Below are positions 9,295 through 18,420 of a DNA stretch of 64,000 bases, one piece after another (the stretch's first letter is position 1; every line of letters starts with the position of its first letter). The translations under genes and the position numbers were made by a program. The notes beneath the pieces were generated by a model, which saw only the letters and a program-made list of their open reading frames with translations, did not search any database and was not told the origin of the DNA. This DNA comes from Promethearchaeota archaeon (GTDB lineage Archaea; Asgardarchaeota; Lokiarchaeia; Sigyniarchaeales; SOKP01): positions 48,707-112,706 of the forward strand of contig RDOE01000001.1 in assembly GCA_011364975.1 (NCBI GenBank), in the 5' to 3' direction.

Positions 9295-10038
9295 TTAAAT
9301 AGAAAGTGAATTGAAATTAATACTTAGGGTTTTTAAATCGATGGTAATTAACGAATAATTATCAATTTCTGTAGAATTTGCTTTTATGGGAGTAGTGGAT
9401 ACAAAAATAGTATTTTTATCTTTATTTATAAATAAAGTATGATGTCTCCCATTAAAATTAGAATTATGATAATTAACAACATGACATTCATTAGCATTGA
9501 ATAAAAATGCATTTGCTCCTGCTCCTATTTTAACGCGTTTGAATAAATATTCTAAAGATTCTTTTAAAGTATAGTTCTTTTGAATTTTGTCAATAAGATG
9601 GCAGAGATATTTTCTTGTATCAAGGGTTGTATTCTTATTAATTATGTCTAATTTAGGATTACATAATTTATTTTCCGGAAAATACTTTATAATTCCATTA
9701 TGAGTAATTAGGTATTTTTCATGAATACTAATTGGATGGATGCTACTAAAACTTTTATTCCATGGTTTAGCTTTTCTTGCATGAACCAATAAGAATCTAG
9801 TTTTAATAGTAGCAAGTTTTTTCCAATCTGAATGATATATAGGATTTATATCTCTTTTTATGATGAGAGAATTGTTATTATGATCATCAATGTAAGCGAA
9901 ACCCCATCCAAGGTTATGATGACCAAATAAATCATATTTATGTAGATATCTCCAATGACAAGTTTTAATAAATTTTTTCAAAATACTCGAATCTATAGTT
10001 AACGGTTCTGTAGAACACTGAAAAAACATACGACACAT
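9295..10038 (-). CDS. Class II glutamine amidotransferase (Ntn, YafJ/EgtC-like)
   Basis: N-terminal MCRMF, H.LGWG, LVHARKA, HP, THNG. Confidence 0.85.
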   Translation of the reverse strand: MCRMFFQCSTEPLTIDSSILKKFIKTCHWRYLHKYDLFGHHNLGWGFAYIDDHNNNSLIIKRDINPIYHSDWKKLATIKTRFLLVHARKAKPWNKSFSSIHPISIHEKYLITHNGIIKYFPENKLCNPKLDIINKNTTLDTRKYLCHLIDKIQKNYTLKESLEYLFKRVKIGAGANAFLFNANECHVVNYHNSNFNGRHHTLFINKDKNTIFVSTTPIKANSTEIDNYSLITIDLKTLSINFNSLSI

Positions 10039-10074
10039 TAATTGTTATTAATTAATGCAAAGTCAAAAAGGTAA

Positions 10075-11193
10075 TTAATCCATAGAAATACGATAAGCAT
10101 TAATGTATCCATTATCATGGCAAGTAATTAGAATGTTTGAAACTTTATCAAATTCAAAATCATTAATACATGAATTGTGATTAATTTGAAATAAAATTTC
10201 ACCATTTAACTCGTTTATTAGAAATAATTCTCCCTTTGTACTGCCAACAAGAACAATTTTAATTCCAAACACTTCAATATAATCGATCTTTTCAACATTT
10301 ACGTTTTTTAGGTTCCACATTATGTTAAATTTTTGGTCTAAAGCGATAACTTCTGAGGTAAATTGAATGCTTTGTATTGGAATATTCTCGTCAAGAAAGT
10401 CAAAAGAATAGGTACTTACTAATAATTTATTATTGAAAATATATGGATATGATAAGCTTTTCCAGACATAATCTACCATCATTAGAGTTTTAATTTCTTC
10501 TTTTCTTTCAAGTTCTAATATATGCAATTTTTTATCATCTCCGCCACAGACAATAAAGTTATCTTTTTCGTCCCTCACATAAGAGATCGTTCTAACTTTA
10601 TTATCAAATTGTTTAAACCAAAGTAAATCACCTTTAAGAGAATCAAAAGATCTAATAGTTCCATCATTACTTGAAGCTATTACTTCAATTTTTTCAACAT
10701 TATCCAAGCTTGTGAAAATTATTGCGTCAGAAACTCCTTCCTCAAACAATTGTCCCCATATTAAAGCTCCACTGTATGGATTTAATACACGAATACTTTT
10801 ATCTAAGGAATAAGCGATTATTTCATTTAAACCATCGTTATTTATATCACTAATTAATATACCACTAATAGATGCACCAAATTGGTGTGCCCAATAAGGT
10901 ATTAATTGAAAATCGTCACTACATTTAAAGATCCTTAATAATCCATCTATTCCACCTAAAATTATTTCCCCTTTATTATCCTTATCGATGTCTTCAATAA
11001 TTCCATCCCAAATTGCCATTTTTTCCGCAACAATGTCATCGAGTAGTAAATTACCACTAAGGGAGAATAGGAGTATTTTCCCTGATTTGGTGTATGCTAA
11101 AACATGTTTTTCTTGACCTTTAATTAGATTTCCTATGGCAATTCCCATTACTTGATCCTTAGTATTGAACTTCCAGAAATTTGTGACTTTCAA
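10075..11193 (-). CDS. WD40/FG-GAP-like beta-propeller protein
   Basis: Repeated blades: DIDKDNKGEIILGGIDG, DINNDGLNEIIAYSLD, ASSNDGTIR, CGGDDKKLH; no signal peptide. Confidence 0.85.
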   Translation of the reverse strand: MKVTNFWKFNTKDQVMGIAIGNLIKGQEKHVLAYTKSGKILLFSLSGNLLLDDIVAEKMAIWDGIIEDIDKDNKGEIILGGIDGLLRIFKCSDDFQLIPYWAHQFGASISGILISDINNDGLNEIIAYSLDKSIRVLNPYSGALIWGQLFEEGVSDAIIFTSLDNVEKIEVIASSNDGTIRSFDSLKGDLLWFKQFDNKVRTISYVRDEKDNFIVCGGDDKKLHILELERKEEIKTLMMVDYVWKSLSYPYIFNNKLLVSTYSFDFLDENIPIQSIQFTSEVIALDQKFNIMWNLKNVNVEKIDYIEVFGIKIVLVGSTKGELFLINELNGEILFQINHNSCINDFEFDKVSNILITCHDNGYINAYRISMD

Positions 11194-11308
11194 GATTATT
11201 AATTTGTTTTCTAAAAATTTACACTTTTATTCACTAATAATAAAAAATAATACAATTTATTTACTTTTAAAACCTAATTATAATCTAAAAACTAATTTTA
11301 TGATCAAA

Positions 11309-11743
11309 ATGTCCGCTGAGAGAAAGATTGATATATTTTCTGGATTAATATTGTTACTTAGTTTTATCGCTTTTATAATGGTGATAATCGGTCCTTTTGC
11401 TTATGCTTTTATAGGTGGTTATACATATTATTATTCATGCTTAGACTGCGAAAATAGCACTCCTGGTGATTATAGTTCACAAATATTTATCTTGGTTCTT
11501 TTAATTCTTCAAATAATTATTGCTATTAATGAATTACTTCCAAATAAATTCATTAAAAAAGACACTACAAAATATGGTTTATTCATTGCATTCTTAACAT
11601 TACTTTTTACTATTGTAGGAATTGTATCTTTTGGAACGGCTTATATTGCTTATGATTGGTGGGCAGATATTGGATTTTATGGACCACTTGTCGCTGGAAT
11701 CCTAAACATACTTTTCTCTTATTTCAAACTTAAAAATAAATAA
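11309..11743 (+). CDS. Four-TM membrane protein with CxxC in the first loop
   Basis: Four hydrophobic segments and YYSCLDCE. Start moved to ATG 11309 (or 11300) to remove the overlap with the divergent gene. Confidence 0.75.
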   Translation: MSAERKIDIFSGLILLLSFIAFIMVIIGPFAYAFIGGYTYYYSCLDCENSTPGDYSSQIFILVLLILQIIIAINELLPNKFIKKDTTKYGLFIAFLTLLFTIVGIVSFGTAYIAYDWWADIGFYGPLVAGILNILFSYFKLKNK

Positions 11744-11929
11744 TTATCTTTATTTTCTTTTTTTATGTCGCAATTATAAAAAGATTTTGTATTTATCTTT
11801 TTTAGAGAATTATTAAAAAAAAATTATAAAATAAGAAAGAAATTTAAATTTTTTAGACTATTCTCAATCATACTATTAATCATTCATACAATCAAACAAT
11901 ATAATTAAAAAACAACAAAGGTATGAAAA

Positions 11930-12127
11930 ATGTCATTTGGAATCGAAATTGATAAGGATGCTTGCACTGGTTGTGGTACATGCTACGAGGTTTGTCCAAG
12001 TGAGTGCTTTGGAGAGCCGGAAGGAGGAAAGGTTAACGTTATTGAGGAAAACCGAGATGACTGTGTAGGATGCAGAGCTTGTGAAACTCAATGTCCAGAA
12101 GAAGCTATTACCATTACTGAAGATTAA
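11930..12127 (+). CDS. Dicluster [4Fe-4S] ferredoxin
   Basis: CTGCGTCYEVCP and CVGCRACETQCP. Confidence 0.95.
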   Translation: MSFGIEIDKDACTGCGTCYEVCPSECFGEPEGGKVNVIEENRDDCVGCRACETQCPEEAITITED

Positions 12128-12200
12128 ATAATTCTTCGAAATATTACCTTTTCATTATCATTCTTTTTTTTATTTTTATAACTAGTTCTTTTTTATTGTC

Positions 12201-14168
12201 TTATTTAAGTATTTTAACATTTTCTAATGGAATCCAACCACGTTCCCCCGTTTCTGAACTAACCCAAGCCCAACCACTTTCTTCCTTTTCAATTGTAAAC
12301 TCTTGATCCTTAAAGGCTGTCATTTCAGTTGCATCATAATCCTTTAGCATTAAAGCTTTTTTCCCGTCTATTTTTATAAAATTTTTAGGGACCCAACCTG
12401 ATTTATCAGAATCAATAATCGCCCAAATCCAACCCGACCATTCAGATTGTTTTTCTTCTACTCTTAAATTATCCCCTTTGTTTAAGATTAAGGGATCAGG
12501 AAATGATGACACGAAATCCTTTATTACTCTACACCGTCTTTTCTTCATTTTCTCTTCAAAATATTCTTTCAACAAGAAATAAGGTAAATCCCCACTTTTG
12601 AGAATTGTATCATGAAAGAACTTTAAATTGAAATTATTACCCATTCTTTCTTCCACTTCCCGTCGTAAATCTGCAATTAGGAGCTTTCCAACGAGATACG
12701 ACAATTGGTATCCTGGAGTTGTTGTCCATCCCACTACCGCTGCTTTAGCTGCTCCCTCTCCCATTTGGAGTATATTCATTAACATCTTACTAGCATCCGC
12801 TATTGATCGTTGCTTACAGTGCAATTGGATATCCAATATGATTTCCATTGCTTCCTGTAATTGCATTCCTGATAATAATTGTTGAGTTTTAATTGGATCA
12901 TGATGAAATCCTTCTTTTAGCATTAATTCTTCACAATAAAGAGCCCATCCTTCAATAGTTTCATAACTTGGGGACATTTCTAACCCTAACAATCGGATGA
13001 GAGGTGCATAAGTGTTATTGCAAGTAAAATCCAGATGATGACCAGGATAGGCTTCATGAGTCATCCAATAAGATATACTTGTATAAGAATGGCGTTCCTT
13101 TTGTGTAGGAGAGATCATAAAAATTCCAGGTTGTTCTCGATTAAAATAAGGAGGCGCATCATAGGCAGCAAGAGCAATGATTGGTATAAGGTGGAGAGGA
13201 GTTTCAATAATAACTAGCTTCTCTTGAGGGATAGTAGCAAGGTCATGATTTTCTATAAATTCTTTTGCTCGCTCTGCTTCACTCCGAGTGTATTCAAGCA
13301 CATTCTCAAACGTCGGTATTAGATCTTCTTTAAAAAACTCTTCAATTCCCTCATTAAGCGTTTTAGTAGGATATCTCTCTTTGAGAATTCGTTTCATTTG
13401 TTTAAATCCAGAGTTAAATAGCTTAGTTCCCTTTTTCATAAGTGTGTTTCGGTCCCAAGGAAGTTTCCTTAAGCTTAATAATTTATCGAATTTTTCAGGT
13501 CCTAAAGCCCAAGCAAATTCATCATTATCTACTGGTAAACTTTTTATCCATTCAATATGGGGCTGGATAACCAAGTTAATCTCTTTAATAGCTTTTAGAA
13601 GTGTATCTTTAAGAGATTCAGCAACTTCTGATGTTTTACTATAAGTTTCAGCCAGAATATGTAAAAATTTAGGAGTTGTTTGTATTTGTTCTAAAGCTAA
13701 ATCTCTCCATACTAGTGGGATCGGAGTCTCATCAAAACGAGATTGAAAATCCTTTAAATAATTTGGTAAATTTGTTAAATGGACTATGAGAGCTTCTGCT
13801 ACATCGTTAGTTGGGCCCTTTCGTTGGAATAAAAGATAAGCAATTTCTTGAAAATACGCAAATCCATTAGGGTCTTTTTTCCATAAGGGAAATGCTTCAT
13901 GCATAAACCGGTTAATATTATGATTGTATTCCATTGCTTTTAGTGAAATTTGGTTTTCGAAATTTAATTTTTCACCGTCTAATTCTTTAATTTCATCAAT
14001 CCATTGACGGAACCATTTAAGATTGTCCTCTATGTGTTCTTTCGTTCCTGATTCTACTACTTTTTCATATTCTTCTTTACCAAATTTGACAGCAATTCTA
14101 GGATTACGCTTAAAGTACTCTTCTATCCCTCTATTGACTAATTTTTCGAATTTTTGGTTCTCATCCAT
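12201..14168 (-). CDS. DUF885-family putative metallopeptidase fused to tandem SH3-like domains
   Basis: HEAYPGHH, EGWALYCE, PGYQLSYLVG, FHD motifs; C-terminal GWVPKNFI and GWIPLENV SH3 signatures. Confidence 0.88.
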   Translation of the reverse strand: MDENQKFEKLVNRGIEEYFKRNPRIAVKFGKEEYEKVVESGTKEHIEDNLKWFRQWIDEIKELDGEKLNFENQISLKAMEYNHNINRFMHEAFPLWKKDPNGFAYFQEIAYLLFQRKGPTNDVAEALIVHLTNLPNYLKDFQSRFDETPIPLVWRDLALEQIQTTPKFLHILAETYSKTSEVAESLKDTLLKAIKEINLVIQPHIEWIKSLPVDNDEFAWALGPEKFDKLLSLRKLPWDRNTLMKKGTKLFNSGFKQMKRILKERYPTKTLNEGIEEFFKEDLIPTFENVLEYTRSEAERAKEFIENHDLATIPQEKLVIIETPLHLIPIIALAAYDAPPYFNREQPGIFMISPTQKERHSYTSISYWMTHEAYPGHHLDFTCNNTYAPLIRLLGLEMSPSYETIEGWALYCEELMLKEGFHHDPIKTQQLLSGMQLQEAMEIILDIQLHCKQRSIADASKMLMNILQMGEGAAKAAVVGWTTTPGYQLSYLVGKLLIADLRREVEERMGNNFNLKFFHDTILKSGDLPYFLLKEYFEEKMKKRRCRVIKDFVSSFPDPLILNKGDNLRVEEKQSEWSGWIWAIIDSDKSGWVPKNFIKIDGKKALMLKDYDATEMTAFKDQEFTIEKEESGWAWVSSETGERGWIPLENVKILK

Positions 14169-14332
14169 TATCTTTTCATCTCATAAAAAAATATTGATTT
14201 AAAAAGCAGAGTTCTTTATTTTAGATTCAAACCCATATATACATTAAAGTAAAGATATATTTAAATTTTGTAGAAAAATTAATTTTGAAAGAGAGAAATA
14301 CAAGAAAGGAAATAATACGTTTTATACGAATC

Positions 14333-14381
14333 TTCGTGAAACCTCTCTTTCACGAAATTTGATGCATATCCTCTTGATATG
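14333..14381. repeat. Two adjacent intergenic inverted repeats (hairpins)
   Basis: TTCGTGAAA-cctctc-TTTCACGAA (14333-14356) and CATATC-ctctt-GATATG (14365-14381). Confidence 0.7.
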
Positions 14382-14435
14382 GTGATATATCTCGAAATAT
14401 TATTTAGATGTTCTAAAAAAAGAAAGAGTTTTACT

Positions 14436-15725
14436 TCAAAGATCAGCACATAAAAAAATTATTAATTCCTTTATATAAATTAAAACTTCTTTTAATCGAA
14501 TATTCTCGTTTACACCATGTTCATTAGAACCAGTGTTTCCTAATCCATGGAAAATTATATCATCGGTTTTAAGGATCTCTGAAACGAATCCCATATCGGT
14601 AGAACCAGAAGCTCCTATTATTCTAATCTCATCTTCACTGATTTTTTGAACTTCCATCATAACTTTCTTTAATCGTGTAATATCTGGAGCATTTGGATTA
14701 GTTACCATTGGAGGATACCCCAGATTAAAAGCCACTTTTACATTGAGTAAACTACTTTTAATTTTACCTTTTTCAATAGCTTCCATAATTTCCTTTATCA
14801 CATCATCAATGTTTTCATCAGGAATATATCGTCTATTAATTGTTAGAGTACAAAGGCCTGGAACAATGTTAGCTTTGGTTCCTGAATGGATAATATCCAA
14901 ATTAAACATAGGATACATGTTTCTCTTCTCTCCAGTTCCCAAACGTGGTAATCCGGGAATATTTTTGCTTTCACGCTTCTCAACAATCTTTTTTAATTTC
15001 ATCAATTCATTAAGAATAGGAATAGTCTCTTCTAAAGCATTAATCCCCATAAAATTCATTCCAGAATGACAACTTCTCCCTATTGACTCTACTACCACGT
15101 TTATAGCTCCAGCAGTGCCGATAGGAATAACAGGGATTGTGACACCTTCCATACAGAAGACTGTACCTTTAATATACCCTTTTTCAGCAAGATATCTAAC
15201 TCCTGGCCAAACACCTATTTCCTCATCTGTACAATTTACTATGGTAATATTATACTTTGGAGTTAGATGCAATTTTTCCATAATTTGTAAGGCTAAAATT
15301 AAACACACCATAGCCCCTTTCATATCAGATGTTCCTCGCCCGTAAATTTTTCCACTTTTAATCATTGTCGCTTCAAAAGGAGGGAAACGCCATTTTTCTT
15401 TTCCATCATTAGGAGCAGGAACTACATCCATATGACCATAAAACGTTATATCTTTATCTTGATTATAATTTTTGGTGGCAATTAAATTAATTCTCGGTCC
15501 CACTAAAGGTTCAGGAGTTTGTTTTACGAGATCTTCTGGGACAATTACCTCTTCCAAGGAAAATCCTAACTTTTTAAAATAAGTGGTTAATATATCCACA
15601 TATTCACGATATGAGTTCCCAGGAGGAACAGTTGTATCAATAGCAATTAAACTTTTCATTAGATTCATAATATGATCTCTTGCTAAATTATCCACTTCAA
15701 GATAAATCTCGTCTAAATTTACCAT
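14436..15725 (-). CDS. M20 metallopeptidase / ArgE-DapE family
   Basis: GHMDVVP, GRGTSDMKG, TDEE, HSG, NEHGVNE. Confidence 0.92.
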   Translation of the reverse strand: MVNLDEIYLEVDNLARDHIMNLMKSLIAIDTTVPPGNSYREYVDILTTYFKKLGFSLEEVIVPEDLVKQTPEPLVGPRINLIATKNYNQDKDITFYGHMDVVPAPNDGKEKWRFPPFEATMIKSGKIYGRGTSDMKGAMVCLILALQIMEKLHLTPKYNITIVNCTDEEIGVWPGVRYLAEKGYIKGTVFCMEGVTIPVIPIGTAGAINVVVESIGRSCHSGMNFMGINALEETIPILNELMKLKKIVEKRESKNIPGLPRLGTGEKRNMYPMFNLDIIHSGTKANIVPGLCTLTINRRYIPDENIDDVIKEIMEAIEKGKIKSSLLNVKVAFNLGYPPMVTNPNAPDITRLKKVMMEVQKISEDEIRIIGASGSTDMGFVSEILKTDDIIFHGLGNTGSNEHGVNENIRLKEVLIYIKELIIFLCADL

Positions 15726-15810
15726 TTTAGTATAACCCTTCTATAATGTTATTTTTATAATTTTAAAAAAGTATTATTGCAAAATGAAATCTCACTCTGC
15801 TTAAAAAACC

Positions 15811-17097
15811 TTAGAAATCCCCACAAAGAAAAGCAAGAATTTCCTTGATGAATTTTTTCATATCCTTGATTCTAATATTTTCATTAACACCATGAGTATT
15901 TGATCCACCATATGTTACCCCCCGAATTATAATATTCTGAGTATTTAATAATTGAGCTACAAACCCAACATCAAACGTAATAGCCATACCTTGTTTCCGA
16001 ATTTTATTTTCTGGAATATTATGAACCTTTATGATGATATTTTTAATTTTTTGGACATCAGGGGAATTAATATCAACTTTAAATGAAGGATAAGAATAAT
16101 CAAACCGAACTTTGACATCCAGTGCATTACTCTTCTCTTTACCTCTCTCTATTGCATCCAATATTTCCTTTTTAACGTCTTCATATTTTTCATCAGGGAT
16201 AATTCTCCTATTTATAATTAAATGACAGATTCCGGGGATGATGTTAGATTTTTGGCCAGCTTTTATTACGTCTAAGTTTAATAGAGGAGTTAAATTCTTT
16301 TTTTGAGCGACTATTGAATCTGGAAACCCTGGGATATCCTTACTTTGGCGAGATTCCACATTTTTCTTCAGTTTTAGTAGTTCAACTAAGATAGGAACCA
16401 TAGCTTCCAAAGCGTTAACACCCATAAAGCTTAATCCTGAATGAGAACTTCGTCCTATAGTTTCAATTTCAACATCTAAATTTCCTGCAGAGCCCATAAG
16501 TAGGATAGGATCAACTGAAAAATCCATACAAAAAATTGCTCCTTTCGCATAACCCTTTTCTGCCAAGTATCTGGCGCCGGGGTAAAATCCAAGTTCTTCA
16601 TCGGTACAACTTAGTACATTGATATTATAGTTCGGAACAATGTTAAAATCTTTTATAATTCGAAGTGCTAAAATTAAGCAAACCATTGCTCCTTTGTTAT
16701 CGCCAACACCTCGCCCAAAAATTTTTCCACCTTTTAATGTAGGTTTAAAGGGAGGGAATTTCCATTTATCATCTCCTTGATCAACCGCTGGAACAACATC
16801 CATGTGACCAAAAAATGAAACTTCTTGTTTTTGCCCAAAATCTTTTGTTGCTACAAGATTAATTCGAGAGCCTTCAATATTGTAGGGTATTTGGTTTATC
16901 AAATTATTTGGAAGGATAACCTCTTCTAATGTATATCCTAATTCTTCAAATATTGGACAGATTGCATCAATATATTCCCTATATGAATTTCCTGGTGGAA
17001 CAGTAGTGTCAATGCTACATAATGTTGTTATTAATGACATAATAGTCTGTTTATCGATCTTATCGACTTCTTCAAAAAGATTTTCTAAGCTAATCAT
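15811..17097 (-). CDS. M20 metallopeptidase / ArgE-DapE family, tandem paralogue
   Basis: GHMDVVP, GRGVGDNKG, TDEE, NTHGVNE; colinear with the neighbour (IDTTVPPGNSYREY in both). Confidence 0.92.
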   Translation of the reverse strand: MISLENLFEEVDKIDKQTIMSLITTLCSIDTTVPPGNSYREYIDAICPIFEELGYTLEEVILPNNLINQIPYNIEGSRINLVATKDFGQKQEVSFFGHMDVVPAVDQGDDKWKFPPFKPTLKGGKIFGRGVGDNKGAMVCLILALRIIKDFNIVPNYNINVLSCTDEELGFYPGARYLAEKGYAKGAIFCMDFSVDPILLMGSAGNLDVEIETIGRSSHSGLSFMGVNALEAMVPILVELLKLKKNVESRQSKDIPGFPDSIVAQKKNLTPLLNLDVIKAGQKSNIIPGICHLIINRRIIPDEKYEDVKKEILDAIERGKEKSNALDVKVRFDYSYPSFKVDINSPDVQKIKNIIIKVHNIPENKIRKQGMAITFDVGFVAQLLNTQNIIIRGVTYGGSNTHGVNENIRIKDMKKFIKEILAFLCGDF

Positions 17098-17212
17098 GAT
17101 TTTATAATAATTATAAAGTTTATGTAGAGAAAACGTAAGATTTTTTTAATATTTAATTAATCGAAAGAATTTGCTTTATTTTATGACAAGGTTTATAAAA
17201 GTAATTTATTTT

Positions 17213-18322
17213 TTACCATAATAATATTTTACCACATTTTTTACAAATTCCTTCATTAATTTGCATATTAAGACAATTTTGGTGATACTGAGTACCACAA
17301 GATTGGCATTTATAAATCTTACCAGTATAATCGCCAAAATCATAACCACAATACTCACACTTATTTGCAAAAGAAAAATTGTTATCGTTTAAATTAACTT
17401 CTACAATTTGAGTGGTCCCTGTTAATGCTGAGTTAGCATTAGAAGGAATAAGGTATTGATCATTTTGAGGCATTTGTGCCCATTGATGTTGTTGCGAAGG
17501 TTGATCTTGCTCCCAATTAGAAACATAACCGGGAGCTGGTTTTTTGGATATCCCTATCTTCTGAGAGATTTTCTCGTCTAAAATGTTAGTTAAAATTAAA
17601 GCTGAAGCGTATTTACCTTTAACACCCCCTTTTTGTAAGTGAGTATGGGAAATCATATGAATCACACGCCCACCTGTCTTTCCATAATCAAAATAACAAA
17701 ATACAGGAGCTTCACCCCATTTTTGTTTGATTTCCCAAGATACAATTAATACCTTAACTTCAGGATTTAGTACTTGAATTGGAAATGATCTCGTTTCAAG
17801 CCACCATTTGAATTCAGCGTTTTTAGCATTTTTTGATACTCCTTTTTGCCATTTATCTTGCTGTATTTCACTTATAACTCCTTCTAAAAAAGGGTGATTT
17901 TGCTCAAGAATTTGACATGATACTACAGCATCTGCAGTTTTTGCACCATTCCATCTTATAAAACCAGGAAAAATTACTTCAACAATGTGTTTAATTGCCC
18001 AATCTGTCGTAATTAACCACCCTCCTTTAAGTGAAACATACTCACTAACTCTTGGTAATGCAGAGCTAGGAATTTGATCTCCAGGGCATCCTATCAAAAC
18101 AACATCAAAGTCACCAAGATTGTATTTCATAATTTCCGTTGGTTTGATTGTTTCATGCTTTGCAGCATACATATGGTCTACCACTTTTTTTGGTTTCTCA
18201 TAACGACCTTCGATTGCTAAGATTTTACCGTGTTTTTCAACAGCCTCTACAACATCTTTCTTATTTAAAGCTTCCATTTTCCGTTTTTTTACTTCAGAGT
18301 ATAAATCCTTCCAGCTACTCAT
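17213..18322 (-). CDS. Class I GATase-like domain + Q/P-rich linker + C4HC3 RING/PHD-like finger
   Basis: FDVVLIGCPG..GGWLITTDWA..GGRVIH; C-terminal CEYC..CQSC..HQNC..CKKC. Confidence 0.7.
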   Translation of the reverse strand: MSSWKDLYSEVKKRKMEALNKKDVVEAVEKHGKILAIEGRYEKPKKVVDHMYAAKHETIKPTEIMKYNLGDFDVVLIGCPGDQIPSSALPRVSEYVSLKGGWLITTDWAIKHIVEVIFPGFIRWNGAKTADAVVSCQILEQNHPFLEGVISEIQQDKWQKGVSKNAKNAEFKWWLETRSFPIQVLNPEVKVLIVSWEIKQKWGEAPVFCYFDYGKTGGRVIHMISHTHLQKGGVKGKYASALILTNILDEKISQKIGISKKPAPGYVSNWEQDQPSQQHQWAQMPQNDQYLIPSNANSALTGTTQIVEVNLNDNNFSFANKCEYCGYDFGDYTGKIYKCQSCGTQYHQNCLNMQINEGICKKCGKILLW

Positions 18323-18420
18323 TTATTCATCATCTATTTTAATGTTATAAAGAATTTAATGTTATTTTTATAAGTAATAAAAGATATTACATATTTATAT
18401 TTTCATGGAAGTCGTTGAAT

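Noticed and set aside
14333-14381. Hairpins as a CRISPR remnant or MITE
   Set aside because: No direct-repeat/spacer periodicity, no cas or transposase genes, and no second copy noticed in the window.
14400-14438. Possible selenocysteine read-through of the M20 TGA stop using the downstream hairpins as a SECIS
   Set aside because: The paralogue ends at the same position with TAA (LCGDF vs LCADL), the extension would be 11 unremarkable codons, and the hairpins lack a SECIS-type AUGA/GA core.
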